A DNA stretch of 41,540 bases from an uncultured Candidatus Saccharibacteria bacterium (GCA_964363045.1 CAYIGM010000003.1:1-41540), one strand, 5' to 3'. Shown: positions 22,872 to 33,037, numbered from the stretch's first letter. Made by a program: numbers and translations. Notes: generated from the sequence alone by a model not told the origin.

Positions 22872-24440
22872 ATGGCTCATTATTCTGCATTGATAAAAAA
22901 CGGTATAGTTTTTGACGGAAAAGGGAATCCGGGAAAAAAGACGGACATCGGTCTTTCGGGCGATAAAATAAAAAAAATAGGCGAACTTTCCGGCAGTACC
23001 GCTGATGATGTTATAAATGCCGAAGGTAAATATGTTTGCCCGGGTTTTATTGATATGACCACTCATTCTGATACTCACTTCACCCTTTTTTCTTCTCCTC
23101 GGCAGGAAAGTTTTTTCCGCCAGGGGGTGACTACTATCCTCGGCGGTAATTGCGGGTCGTCTCTCGCCCCGCTTCTTTCCGGAGAAGCGGCGGAAGCTTT
23201 ATCCAAATGGACGGATGTTTCTAAAGTGAATATCAATTGGCGCACGGTCGGAGAAATGCTGGGCGAGCTTGATAAGCGCCGGCTGGGAGTCAATTTTTGC
23301 ACATTAGTCGGACTTGATACTTTATATAAATCCGTTTTGGACGAAATAAAGCAAGTTGACGGTGAAGCTTTAGATCAATTGAAGCTGGTATTGAAAAATT
23401 CCATTAAAGAAGGGGCTTTCGGCGTATCAACCAGTCTGAGCGCGGAGAGCATTCTTAGGTTAGGGGATGATAATGTTATGGAAATTTTGAAAGAGGTCAA
23501 GAGCAATGATGCTTTGGTTAAACATCATCTTGAGGATGAAGGAAAAAATATTTTATCTTCTCTTTCCAAAGTCCTTCATCTGGCGAGGAATTCAAGGGCG
23601 CGTACGCAAATATCTCATTTTAAAGCGCTGGGGAAGAGCGCTTGGTCGGTATTGCCTCAAGCTTTGGAAATGATAAGAACAGCAAGAAAAGACGGGGTTG
23701 ACATTACTTGCGATTTTTTCCCATACGAAAGGACAGGCTCAAGTTTGTTTGAATTTCTGCCGGCTTGGATTAAAAAAGACGGAAGGGAAAAAGTCCAAGA
23801 CATATTGCGTTTGCGCGATTCAGGCGAGAGAAAGGATTTGGTGTCTTATTTGAACAGTTTGACTTTGCATTACGATAAAATAACAATCGCTTCAACTTTG
23901 CATGATTTTTCAAGCGTGGGCAAAACAATAGAGAAGATAGCGGAAGAATCAGGCATTACCGGAGAAGAAGTGATTTTAAATCTGCTGGAAGTGAATAATC
24001 TTCAAGTTTCAATATTCAGCGAAGTTATAAATGAAGAGAATATAAAAGAGATAGCGATGGAAAATTATTCAATACTGGCTTCCGATGGGGTCGGTTATGA
24101 TGTTTCAAGCAACACTTCAGAGATTATGAAAGACCTCGCGCACCCGAGGTCTTTCGGCGCTTTCCCGCGCTTTTTAAGCAGTTTTGCCAAAAAGGGGATT
24201 ATAAAATGGGAAGACGCTATCTATAAGATGACATCTGCCCCTGCCAAGGTCATTGGAATTAAAGACAGAGGGGTTATTGCTAATGGTAATTATGCGGATA
24301 TTGTCGTATTTGACCCGGTGGCTATAGAAGATAAGTCTACTTATAATACTCCTTATCGGTTGCCGCTGGGAATAGACCGTGTGATTATAAACGGCAAGCC
24401 GTCTTTTGAGATGGCGGGAAGGGTGATAAGGAGTAAATAA
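22872..24440 (+). CDS. amidohydrolase-superfamily protein, D-aminoacylase (N-acyl-D-amino-acid deacylase)-like
   Basis: ALIKNGIVFDGKG..., PGFIDMTTHSD, GGNCGSS and the C-terminal YADIVVFDP...INGK pattern. Confidence 0.75.
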   Translation: MAHYSALIKNGIVFDGKGNPGKKTDIGLSGDKIKKIGELSGSTADDVINAEGKYVCPGFIDMTTHSDTHFTLFSSPRQESFFRQGVTTILGGNCGSSLAPLLSGEAAEALSKWTDVSKVNINWRTVGEMLGELDKRRLGVNFCTLVGLDTLYKSVLDEIKQVDGEALDQLKLVLKNSIKEGAFGVSTSLSAESILRLGDDNVMEILKEVKSNDALVKHHLEDEGKNILSSLSKVLHLARNSRARTQISHFKALGKSAWSVLPQALEMIRTARKDGVDITCDFFPYERTGSSLFEFLPAWIKKDGREKVQDILRLRDSGERKDLVSYLNSLTLHYDKITIASTLHDFSSVGKTIEKIAEESGITGEEVILNLLEVNNLQVSIFSEVINEENIKEIAMENYSILASDGVGYDVSSNTSEIMKDLAHPRSFGAFPRFLSSFAKKGIIKWEDAIYKMTSAPAKVIGIKDRGVIANGNYADIVVFDPVAIEDKSTYNTPYRLPLGIDRVIINGKPSFEMAGRVIRSK

Positions 24441-24450
24441 TAATATTTTT

Positions 24451-25548
24451 ATGGTGAGAAGAAAATATGACAAATTTTTTCTAATAGCTTTTTTGATTTT
24501 AGTTTTTGGCGGATTTTTGATTTTTGCTTCATCGGCCATGGGTTTGCTTGCGAGAGACGGCGCCTCTTTTTATAAAATTCTTTTTAAGCAATTTACAATA
24601 GGATTTTTAATCGGCGGAGTGGCTCTTATTGCGGCTTATAAAATAGATTATCGGAATTGGAAAAAATACGCTATTTTTATTTTTATATTCTCTTTTTTGA
24701 TTTCTCTTTTGGTTTTTATTCCCCAGCTTAATTTTGAACACGGCGGAGCAAAAAGATGGATTGATTTAGGCTTTGTCTCTTTTCAGCCTTCTGAAATTTT
24801 AAAACTCGGTTTTATCATATATTTTTCAGCTTGGCTTTCTTCTCATAAAGAAACAATCCAATCTTTTAAATTCGGATTAGTCCCTTTTATTTTAATGATT
24901 GGCTCCGTTGCGCTGCTTCTGGCGGCTGAGCCTGACATAGGGACGCTTCTTATCATCAGTATTTCAAGTGCCGCTATTTTTTGGATTGCGGGAGCCAATT
25001 ATAAACAATTGGCCATTTTAATCATTATCGGAATTATCGCTTTTTTAGCGCTTGTTATGATAAAACCCCATCTTATGAATCGGGTAATGGTATTTTTTGA
25101 TTCTTCTTATGATAATCAAAATTTAGGCTATCAGCTCAAACAATCGCTGATAGCCGTGGGTTCAGGAGGATTTTATGGCAGAGGATTTGGCATGAGTCTG
25201 CAAAAGTTTAAGTATCTGCCCGAACCGATAGGAGATTCTATTTTTTCTGTTGCGGCTGAAGAGTTCGGTTTTATAGGAGTTGTTGTCTTAATAGGATTGT
25301 TTCTCTTTTTTCTATACAGAGGATTTTTAATAGCGTCTCGCGCGCCGGATATGTTTGGCAGGCTTCTGGCGGCCGGTATTGTGATGCTTATAGTAGTTCA
25401 GTCTTTTATCAATATTGCGGCGATGATAGGGATTATGCCCCTTACCGGAAAACCGCTTATTTTCGTATCTCAAGGCGCTTCAGCTTTCGTATTTGCCATG
25501 ATAGAGGTTGGAATTCTGCTCAATATTTCCAAATACGCTTCTCGTTAG
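24451..25548 (+). CDS. ftsW: SEDS-family peptidoglycan glycosyltransferase FtsW/RodA
   Basis: 10-TM layout with RWIDLGFVSFQPSE, EPDIGT, PEPIGDSIFSVAAEEFGFIG and PLTGKPLIFVSQG. Confidence 0.9.
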   Translation: MVRRKYDKFFLIAFLILVFGGFLIFASSAMGLLARDGASFYKILFKQFTIGFLIGGVALIAAYKIDYRNWKKYAIFIFIFSFLISLLVFIPQLNFEHGGAKRWIDLGFVSFQPSEILKLGFIIYFSAWLSSHKETIQSFKFGLVPFILMIGSVALLLAAEPDIGTLLIISISSAAIFWIAGANYKQLAILIIIGIIAFLALVMIKPHLMNRVMVFFDSSYDNQNLGYQLKQSLIAVGSGGFYGRGFGMSLQKFKYLPEPIGDSIFSVAAEEFGFIGVVVLIGLFLFFLYRGFLIASRAPDMFGRLLAAGIVMLIVVQSFINIAAMIGIMPLTGKPLIFVSQGASAFVFAMIEVGILLNISKYASR

Positions 25549-25737
25549 ATAATATTTTTCAGCGTAAATTTATTCTTATCCACAGTTTTGGCAAATTACA
25601 TTGCTAAATTTTACGGAAAGAAGATAATTAAATAAGATGAAGGGGACATACTGGTCAAGTTTCTTTCAATTTTAATAATAATTTCAATAAACAAAAATGG
25701 CTGCTAAAAAGAAAGGAAAGAAGAAATAGTTTATAAT

Positions 25738-25768
25738 AAAATCGCCCCTCTTTTGAGGGGCGATTTTA
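25738..25768 (+). terminator. rho-independent terminator in the ftsW-murG spacer
   Basis: AAAATCGCCCCTC tttt GAGGGGCGATTTT. Confidence 0.75.
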
Positions 25769-25857
25769 TTATAAACGGAGTTTTAAAATATATTGTATTG
25801 TATTGCGGGCGAATAAAGACACTTTTTTAAATATTTAAAATGATGTATTATTAAATT

Positions 25858-26994
25858 ATGAAAATAGTTCTTACCGGTGGCGGAACAGGCGGTCATTTTT
25901 ATCCGCTTATTGCTGTTGCTGATGAATTAAATAATATAATAGATAAGGAAAAGCTTATTAATGCCAGGCTTATTTATATGTCTGATGAACCGTATAATAA
26001 GAGATTGCTTGATGAAAAAGGGATTCGTTTTAAAGAAATAACCACAGGCAAAATTCGGCGTTATTTTTCTCTGCTTAATATAATAGACGCGATTAAAATT
26101 ATTTTTGGCGCGCTGGAGGCTCTTTGGATAATTTATACGGATTTTCCGGATGTTGTTTTTGGCAAAGGCGGTTACGCCAGTTTCCCGGCGCTCTTTGCCG
26201 CAAAAATTTTTAAAATCCCCGTTGTTATTCATGAGTCTGATTTTGTGCCCGGCAGAGTCAATAAATGGGCTTCAAAATTCGCCAAGAGAATAGCCGTTTC
26301 TTTTCCGGATTCAATAAATTATTTTCCGGAAAAAGTCAGGGGAAAAATCGCTGTGACCGGCAATCCGGTGAGGAAGGAGCTTCTGACTTTGCCTAAAGAA
26401 GGCTTCAGCGAGTTTCTTCAGCTGGAAAAAACCGTCCCGGTTGTTTTTATACTGGGCGGGTCCCAGGGTTCTTTGAGAATAAATAATGTTGCCGTTGGTA
26501 TGGCCAGTGAGTTGGTGGAAAAATATCAGATTATCCATCAGTGCGGAAAAAATAATTTGGAGGAAGTTAAGGGGATGGAATCCGTCGCTCTTGAAAAATC
26601 GCCGTATAAAAACAGGTATCGCGTCTTCGGCTTTTTGAACGAATCGGCGATGAAAATGGCCGCCGCCGCTTCAAATATCATAATTTCGCGCGCAGGTTCG
26701 TCTGCCGTGTTTGAGATTGCCGCCTGGGGAAAGCCCAGCATTCTTATTCCTCTTTCAGGCTCCGCTCAAGAACATCAGAGAGAAAATGCTTATGCTTTTG
26801 CTCGTACCGGAGCTTCGGAGGTGATTGAAGAAAAAAATCTTTCTCCTCATATCTTGCTTTCGGAAATAGACAGAATATTGTCTCAAAAAGATAAATTGGC
26901 GGAAATTAAAAATAGAGCCAATCAATTTTCCAAGCCGGATGCCGCGCGCAAAATAGCGAGAGAAATAATTAATTTAACTCTGGAGCATAATTAA
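25858..26994 (+). CDS. murG: UDP-N-acetylglucosamine--N-acetylmuramyl-(pentapeptide) pyrophosphoryl-undecaprenol GlcNAc transferase
   Basis: GGGTGGHFYPLIAVADEL, ILGGSQGS and the SRAGSSAVFE motifs. Confidence 0.92.
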   Translation: MKIVLTGGGTGGHFYPLIAVADELNNIIDKEKLINARLIYMSDEPYNKRLLDEKGIRFKEITTGKIRRYFSLLNIIDAIKIIFGALEALWIIYTDFPDVVFGKGGYASFPALFAAKIFKIPVVIHESDFVPGRVNKWASKFAKRIAVSFPDSINYFPEKVRGKIAVTGNPVRKELLTLPKEGFSEFLQLEKTVPVVFILGGSQGSLRINNVAVGMASELVEKYQIIHQCGKNNLEEVKGMESVALEKSPYKNRYRVFGFLNESAMKMAAAASNIIISRAGSSAVFEIAAWGKPSILIPLSGSAQEHQRENAYAFARTGASEVIEEKNLSPHILLSEIDRILSQKDKLAEIKNRANQFSKPDAARKIAREIINLTLEHN

Positions 26995-26996
26995 AT

Positions 26997-28370
26997 ATGT
27001 TTTTATATAAATCAAATATGAATCAAGGCGCTAATCAATCTAAAGTTATAACTCGTTTTGCCCCGAGTCCGACCGGACCGATTCATTTGGGTGGCGTGAG
27101 AACGGCGCTTTTCAATTATCTTTTTGCCAAACAAAATGGGGGAGAGATGGTGTTAAGAATTGAGGACACTGACCCGGAGCGTTCTAAAGCGGAATATGAG
27201 AAAGATATTATTGACGGATTAAATTGGCTCGGAATAAGATACGGCAAGTTTTACCGCCAATCGGAAAGAAAGGATATTTATAAGAAATATCTTGAAAAGA
27301 TGGTGGAAGAGGGGAGCGCTTATCTTTCAAAAGAGGAGCCGAAAGAGGAGGGTCAAAGGAGCGAGGTCATAAGATTTAAAAATCCGAACATAAAAATAAA
27401 ATTTAAAGATCTAATTCGCGGTGAAATAGAATTTGACACGACGGAGCTTGGGGATTTTATTATCGCGAAAGATATGGAAAATCCCCTTTATCATTTGGCC
27501 GTTGTTGTTGATGATTTTGAAATGGGAGTGACGCACATAATTCGCGGAGATGACGGCATATCAAACACTCCGCGTCAGATTTTAATACAAGACGCGATAG
27601 GCGCGCCAAGGCCGATTTATGCGCATATTCCGCTTATTTTAGCGCCTGATAAATCTAAACTTTCCAAGCGCCACGGAGTTGTTTCTGTGAATAAATATAA
27701 AGAGGAAGGGTATATCCCGGAAGCGATGATTAATTTTCTGGCTCTATTGGGGTGGTCTTTTCAAGGCAAAGGAGGAGATGATGAAGAGATTTTTTCTTTA
27801 GACAGCCTTGAAAAATTTTTTTCGCTGGAAAAGGTGCAGAAGAGCGGAGCGGTATTTAATATTGAGAAATTAAATTGGATAAATAAGCAATATATTAGAA
27901 CTATGCCTATTGAGAAGTTAGAAAAAAAATTATTTGAATTTTTGCCTGATGATTTTAAAAAAGAAGCAGAGAAAAACGCTGGTTTGTGGAGAAAAATAGT
28001 GCTACTTGAAACGGAAAGAATTGAGAGATTCAGCGACATCAAAGATTCCATTGATTATTTTTTCCGGTTGCCGGACTGTAAAAAAGAAATATTGAATTGG
28101 AGAGATGAAAAAGATATGAATAAAACAAAATCTCATCTTGAACATATTATCAATGTTTTGAGCAGTATTAAAGAGGATGATTTTAATAAAGATTTTATAA
28201 AAAATGCTTTATGGGGCTATGCCGGAGAATGGGGGAGAGGGAATGTGTTGTGGCCCTTCCGCATTGCTCTTACTGGCAGAGAAAAATCACCCGACCCTTT
28301 TATTGTCGCTGAAATATTGGGGAAAAATGAAGCTATTAAACGTCTTGAAAATGCGATTGGAAAAATATAA
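26997..28370 (+). CDS. gltX: glutamate--tRNA ligase
   Basis: RFAPSPTGPIHLGG (HIGH), KLSKRHG (KMSKS), 457 aa. The start could be the Met at 27018. Confidence 0.92.
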   Translation: MFLYKSNMNQGANQSKVITRFAPSPTGPIHLGGVRTALFNYLFAKQNGGEMVLRIEDTDPERSKAEYEKDIIDGLNWLGIRYGKFYRQSERKDIYKKYLEKMVEEGSAYLSKEEPKEEGQRSEVIRFKNPNIKIKFKDLIRGEIEFDTTELGDFIIAKDMENPLYHLAVVVDDFEMGVTHIIRGDDGISNTPRQILIQDAIGAPRPIYAHIPLILAPDKSKLSKRHGVVSVNKYKEEGYIPEAMINFLALLGWSFQGKGGDDEEIFSLDSLEKFFSLEKVQKSGAVFNIEKLNWINKQYIRTMPIEKLEKKLFEFLPDDFKKEAEKNAGLWRKIVLLETERIERFSDIKDSIDYFFRLPDCKKEILNWRDEKDMNKTKSHLEHIINVLSSIKEDDFNKDFIKNALWGYAGEWGRGNVLWPFRIALTGREKSPDPFIVAEILGKNEAIKRLENAIGKI

Positions 28371-29640
28371 AATCGGTTTTTCGGCATTATTTTTGCTTTT
28401 TATTTTTTTCAGTTTTTTTTCTGTCGTTAAGACAAACGCTTCTCTTATCGATGAATTGAAAGACAGAATAGCAGGCAGGAATAATGAATTGAAGGATTTG
28501 CAAAAAGAGATTGATGAATATGAGGCTCAAATAGAGAAATTGGGCAAAGAAGGGAATTCTTTAAGCAATGAAATCAAAAAACTTAAAATGACTGAAAAAA
28601 AACTCAAGGCCGACATTCTTTATACGGAAAGCCAAATTGAAAAGACGGGTTTTGGCATAGATAAGCTTGTTTTTGAGATAGGACAAAAACAAAATGATAT
28701 TTTAAATCAAAAAATCATTATGTCTGAAATGATAAGAAGGATGAATGAAAATGAATCGCAGTCCATGGTTGAGATTGCTTTGGCTAATGATAATTTCTCT
28801 GATTTTTTCAGCGATATAGAGAGAATGGAGAATCTCCAGAAGAGTGTGGGTCTAAATTTAAATGAGCTTAATAAGCTTAAAGAAGAATTTGAAAGCCAGA
28901 AAAACGATAAAGAAACAGAGAAGATAAAATTAGAAGCTTTAAATTCGCGTTATGTTGACCAAAAGTCTCTGGTGGTGATAAATCAATCCAAAAATAGCCG
29001 GCTTTTGAATGAGACAAAAAATAAAGAATCCAATTATCAAAAATTATTGGCCGATAGACTAAAGAAAAAAAATGCTTTGGAGGAAGAGATTAAAGATTTT
29101 GAAGATAAGCTTCGGGTGGAGATAGACCCGAATTCTTTGCCGGCTGTTGGTTCGGGTGTTTTAAAATGGCCGCTTGATGAAGTGACCATAACTCAATATT
29201 TTGGCAATACTCCTTTTGCAAGTAAGAATCCGCAGGTGTATAATGGCGGCGGGCACAATGGAGTTGATTTAAGAGCGAGTATAGGCACTCCGGTAAAAGC
29301 CGCTAAGAGCGGTAAAGTGATTGGCACGGGAGATACTGATAAAGAATGCGCCGGCGTATCTTACGGCAAATGGGTTTTAATAGAGCATCCTAATAATTTA
29401 ACCACACTTTACGCGCATCTTTCGCTTATAAAAGCGACGAAAGGGGATGATGTCACAGTAGGTCAAATTATCGGTTATTCCGGCGATACGGGATATTCGA
29501 CCGGTCCGCACCTTCATTTTACGGTTTATGCTTCTAAAGCGGTTGAAGTCGGCACTATCACAAGTAAAGTTTGCGGTACAAAGATGACGCTCCCTTTGGC
29601 CCCGCGCGAGTGGTATCTTAATCCATTGTCTTATTTATAA
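28327..29640 (+). CDS. coiled-coil M23 (LytM-type) peptidoglycan endopeptidase, EnvC-like architecture
   Basis: Signal/TM segment FSALFLLFIFFSFFSVV, a long coiled-coil region, and catalytic HNGVDL and GPHLHF motifs. The start is moved from the track's 28204, which lies inside gltX, to the ATG at 28327 (GGGG upstream); 28351 is also possible. Confidence 0.85.
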   Translation: MKLLNVLKMRLEKYKIGFSALFLLFIFFSFFSVVKTNASLIDELKDRIAGRNNELKDLQKEIDEYEAQIEKLGKEGNSLSNEIKKLKMTEKKLKADILYTESQIEKTGFGIDKLVFEIGQKQNDILNQKIIMSEMIRRMNENESQSMVEIALANDNFSDFFSDIERMENLQKSVGLNLNELNKLKEEFESQKNDKETEKIKLEALNSRYVDQKSLVVINQSKNSRLLNETKNKESNYQKLLADRLKKKNALEEEIKDFEDKLRVEIDPNSLPAVGSGVLKWPLDEVTITQYFGNTPFASKNPQVYNGGGHNGVDLRASIGTPVKAAKSGKVIGTGDTDKECAGVSYGKWVLIEHPNNLTTLYAHLSLIKATKGDDVTVGQIIGYSGDTGYSTGPHLHFTVYASKAVEVGTITSKVCGTKMTLPLAPREWYLNPLSYL

Positions 29641-29660
29641 ATGACATTTATAATACATAT

Positions 29661-29990
29661 ATGATGTTTAAAGAAGATTATTCGTCACGCCGCAAAGGGT
29701 TTATAAAGCTTATAATCATTTTTGTGATAGTCGTGCTTATATTAAGCATTTTAAATATTAATTTAAAAAGTATTATAGAAAGCGAACCGGTACAAAATAA
29801 TTTTTCTTATATTTGGAATTTTGCGAAAACCGTCTGGTCTGATTATTTAGCCGGTCCGGTAATCTATTTTTGGAATGATATTTTTATGAATTTATTATGG
29901 ACTTCTTTTGTGGATAATATGGAAAGGATAAAGGCGGGCAAGCCCACGGATATGATGCTAGACGCTCCTAAGGTAGATTTTGCCCAATAA
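29661..29990 (+). CDS. small membrane protein, hypothetical
   Basis: 109-aa ORF with one clear TM helix (IKLIIIFVIVVLILSIL). TATAAT at 29649-29654 lies 6 nt upstream. Confidence 0.5.
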   Translation: MMFKEDYSSRRKGFIKLIIIFVIVVLILSILNINLKSIIESEPVQNNFSYIWNFAKTVWSDYLAGPVIYFWNDIFMNLLWTSFVDNMERIKAGKPTDMMLDAPKVDFAQ

Positions 29991-30131
29991 GATTACTCAA
30001 TAAGATTACGGGAAGGTCGTAAAAGGTATATTGTGCGACATACTATATTTTTCCTAAACCCCGCTTCCCTTTAATAATATAGTTATATATAAAAATGATT
30101 GGATTTAAACCTGATTATTTTTAGTTTTGTG

Positions 30132-30140
30132 TGATATAAT
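30132..30140 (+). promoter_or_regulatory. extended -10 box TGaTATAAT, 7 nt upstream of the ATG at 30148
   Basis: Read from the sequence. No SD. Confidence 0.5.
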
Positions 30141-30147
30141 ATAATTT

Positions 30148-31323
30148 ATGCGAACATCTTATTCGGCTCTTGATACTTACAGGACATGCCCCCTTAAGTA
30201 TAAATATCAGAATCTTGATAAAATTCCCGCACCCAAGCGCATTGAGGCTGTTTTCGGTTCCCTTGTCCATTCGGCTTTAAAATTTATGTTTGAACGCGGA
30301 CCGCTTTACCCCGCCATTGATGAAGTAATCAATTTCTTTACGGATAAATGGAATAAAAAATCCGAGTTAATAGAATGGCCGAATCCTTCAAAAAAAGAAG
30401 AATTTGAAAAACTTTATTTTGAAGAAGGGATAAAAATTATAAAAAATTTTTATAAGAAGAATCAGCCTTGGAAATTTAACGCCGTGGAGCTGGAGAGCCG
30501 TTTCAGCGTGATTTTGCATGACGAGGAGACTGATGAAGACCACACCATTGTCGGAATCATAGACAGAATAGATAAAGACCCGAAAAGCGATGAATATGAG
30601 ATTATTGATTATAAGACCGGCAAGAAGATGCCTTCAGCTGAAACATTGAAAGATAATTTTCAACTCTCTCTTTATCATTTGGCCTTGCGGGAACGCTGGC
30701 CCAATCTCCCCGCCTTGCGAGTAAAGTTATCATTATATTTTTTAAAGCATAATGAGAAGATTACCGTTGAGAAGCAAAATTCGGAAGATGATATAAAAAA
30801 AACAAAAATTTTTATCCTGACTGCCATAAAAGAAATAACAAAAAATCAAGTAAAGAATAATTTTCCCCCTACCCCTTCCGCTTTATGCGATTATTGCGGT
30901 TATAAGAAGATTTGTCCTATGTGGTCGCATGAATATAAGAAAGATAAACCAAAGACAAAAAGCGAGGAAGAGATTGCTTCGGCTATAGAAGAATTTTTTA
31001 AAATAAAAGATGATGAAGACAAAAATAAGAAAAGGCTGAAAGAGCTCCGCGAAGACATATTGGCCTTTATGGATTCCGGCAATATCGCCCGGGTTTTTGG
31101 TTCGCAGGGTTTTATCACAAAATCTCTTCAGGAAAGATATTCTTTTGATTTGGAAAAAATAAAGGAGATATTAACGCCTATCGGCAAATGGGAAGATATT
31201 TTATCTCCTGATGAAAAAAAACTTAGCAAATTAATCCCCTTTTTGCCTCAAAAACTGCAAGATAAAGTATTGTCGGCGCGAAACAAGAACGAATTTATCG
31301 TCTTAAAGCAGACAAAGAAATAA
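30148..31323 (+). CDS. PD-(D/E)XK nuclease superfamily protein (Cas4/AddB-like, Fe-S cysteines)
   Basis: N-terminal SYSALDTYRTCPLKYKY, GIIDRID...YEIIDYKTG (D..E/D-x-K core), and the C-terminal cysteine triad CDYCGYKKIC. Confidence 0.75.
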   Translation: MRTSYSALDTYRTCPLKYKYQNLDKIPAPKRIEAVFGSLVHSALKFMFERGPLYPAIDEVINFFTDKWNKKSELIEWPNPSKKEEFEKLYFEEGIKIIKNFYKKNQPWKFNAVELESRFSVILHDEETDEDHTIVGIIDRIDKDPKSDEYEIIDYKTGKKMPSAETLKDNFQLSLYHLALRERWPNLPALRVKLSLYFLKHNEKITVEKQNSEDDIKKTKIFILTAIKEITKNQVKNNFPPTPSALCDYCGYKKICPMWSHEYKKDKPKTKSEEEIASAIEEFFKIKDDEDKNKKRLKELREDILAFMDSGNIARVFGSQGFITKSLQERYSFDLEKIKEILTPIGKWEDILSPDEKKLSKLIPFLPQKLQDKVLSARNKNEFIVLKQTKK

Positions 31324-31334
31324 TTTTTTTAAGT

Positions 31335-32117
31335 TTATAAACTTGAAATTGTCGCGAGTGAATCGGCAATATCTTTCAGTTCGTTTTCATCAAGCCAACT
31401 TTGTCCGTTATATTCAATTTTGAACAAGATGTTTTTATAGTTTGTTATGGCGAACGCCGTATAAGATGTTCTGCCTTCTTCAGTGAGTATAATTTCCGAA
31501 TTTTTTATGTAGATATCTTGATTGCCGGATGAAATTTTATCTAAATCACGGCCATTGGAAATATCTCTGAAAAGCTCTTGTTCCGTTTTACCGTTTGAGG
31601 TAAAACCGTTATCTATTGGAAATAGAGAAACTTCTATCGTTCCGTCGCCCATTTTTTTGTAAATGATATTGAGAGAACCGATTTTGCCGTATCTGTCGTA
31701 AACAGGATTGATATTTTCTTTTTCCAGCGCGTAACCCAAGGGTATTTTTTTAGGCAGATAAATAGTAAAAGGCGTTTCAGTTTGCATCTCTTTTATGGGA
31801 GAATAATCAATCCCGAAAACAAAATTCCAAAGTTTGAATTGATACGCGGAGACAAATGCTCCAATTATGAATATTATTATGAATACTTGCCAGAGGATGC
31901 GACTTTTTTTCATTTTTTCCCGTTCTTTCTCTCTTGCTATCGTCTCGCGCTCTATACTGCCGGTATTTGTAAATGAGCCGGTGAAAGTTTTCGGCTCCCC
32001 TATGAATATTCCGCATTTTGGACAAAATAGAAGGGCATTTTTTATGATTAATTCATTCTGGCAAAAAGGACATTTTTGGTTTAGCGGTTCTTGATTTTCA
32101 TTATTATTTTCCGGCAT
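31335..32117 (-). CDS. zinc-ribbon + single-TM hypothetical protein
   Basis: CPFCQNE...CPKCG at the N-terminus, then a TM helix ILWQVFIIIFIIGAFV, then an extracytoplasmic domain. Confidence 0.5.
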   Translation of the reverse strand: MPENNNENQEPLNQKCPFCQNELIIKNALLFCPKCGIFIGEPKTFTGSFTNTGSIERETIAREKEREKMKKSRILWQVFIIIFIIGAFVSAYQFKLWNFVFGIDYSPIKEMQTETPFTIYLPKKIPLGYALEKENINPVYDRYGKIGSLNIIYKKMGDGTIEVSLFPIDNGFTSNGKTEQELFRDISNGRDLDKISSGNQDIYIKNSEIILTEEGRTSYTAFAITNYKNILFKIEYNGQSWLDENELKDIADSLATISSL

Positions 32118-32203
32118 GTTTATTGTTATTATATAAAAAATTTACCGGAAAAGATACAGCTAATCATAATAGAAACATCTCTAATAATCATCTTTAATTC
32201 AGA

Positions 32204-33037
32204 TTATTTTATCTCGTATTGAAGAGTCACATTGATTGCCACTTCTTGCGACCCCGGCTCAATGGAAGCCGTTGGCGCGGAATTGTCTTTCATCTCTGAT
32301 GCTATGCCGGCGCTGTAGCGAAGCATCGGATATGAATATCCTTCATTGATGGATATAAGTTCGCCTAATCTGAAATTTGCCGATTTGGCTATCGCTTTTG
32401 CTTTTTCCATAGCTTCTTTTATAGCTTTGTCTCTCGCTTCTCCCTCAATCTTTTTTTGGTCATCAATCGTAAAATATAAAGACGAAACGGTATTGGCGCC
32501 GTTTTCAACAATTCCGCTTAAAATATCGCCGGTTTTATCAAAGTTTCTGATTTTAACAAGCACTGTCTGACTCACTGTGTAGCCGACTATTTCGCTTGGT
32601 GGGCAAGGTTTTCTTACTGGATAATTCGGATAGCTCATTCCTTCGCCGTCTGCGCCGTATAGTATTTCCGGTCCGCAACTGAAAGACTGGTATCGCGGTT
32701 CTATATTATAACTTTGAGTTTTAATATCTTTATCTTCAATCCCTTTTGCTTTGATAAATTCTATAGCTTTATTCGCTTTGCCGGTATTTTCTTTCTGAAG
32801 TTTTGCCACATCAACCCCGCCTTCAGTTATTACACTGAAAGTAAACTGGGCAATATCCGGTATCGCCATAACTTTCCCTTCGCCTGATACGGAAAAGCTT
32901 TTGAGAGATGCAGGAGCTATTGATCTGGCGTAAGAGGACGCGAAAGAAAGAGTGGCGTAAGAAAGAACTAAAATCATAAAAATTACGGCTATTTTTAAAA
33001 TTTTTTTTATGCGGTCGTTTGGATTTATATTTTCCAT
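32204..33037 (-). CDS. SIMPL-domain (DUF541) periplasmic protein
   Basis: FSVSGEGKVMAIPDIAQFTFSV..., the C-terminal IEPGSQEVAINVTLQYEI pattern, and an N-terminal TM segment. Confidence 0.75.
   Translation of the reverse strand: MENINPNDRIKKILKIAVIFMILVLSYATLSFASSYARSIAPASLKSFSVSGEGKVMAIPDIAQFTFSVITEGGVDVAKLQKENTGKANKAIEFIKAKGIEDKDIKTQSYNIEPRYQSFSCGPEILYGADGEGMSYPNYPVRKPCPPSEIVGYTVSQTVLVKIRNFDKTGDILSGIVENGANTVSSLYFTIDDQKKIEGEARDKAIKEAMEKAKAIAKSANFRLGELISINEGYSYPMLRYSAGIASEMKDNSAPTASIEPGSQEVAINVTLQYEIK

Noticed and set aside
28204-28326. The ORF-track start of the M23 peptidase at 28204, which overlaps 167 nt of gltX.
   Set aside because: The N-terminal 41 residues are an out-of-frame read of gltX. 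The signal/TM segment begins just after the Met at 28327 or 28351.
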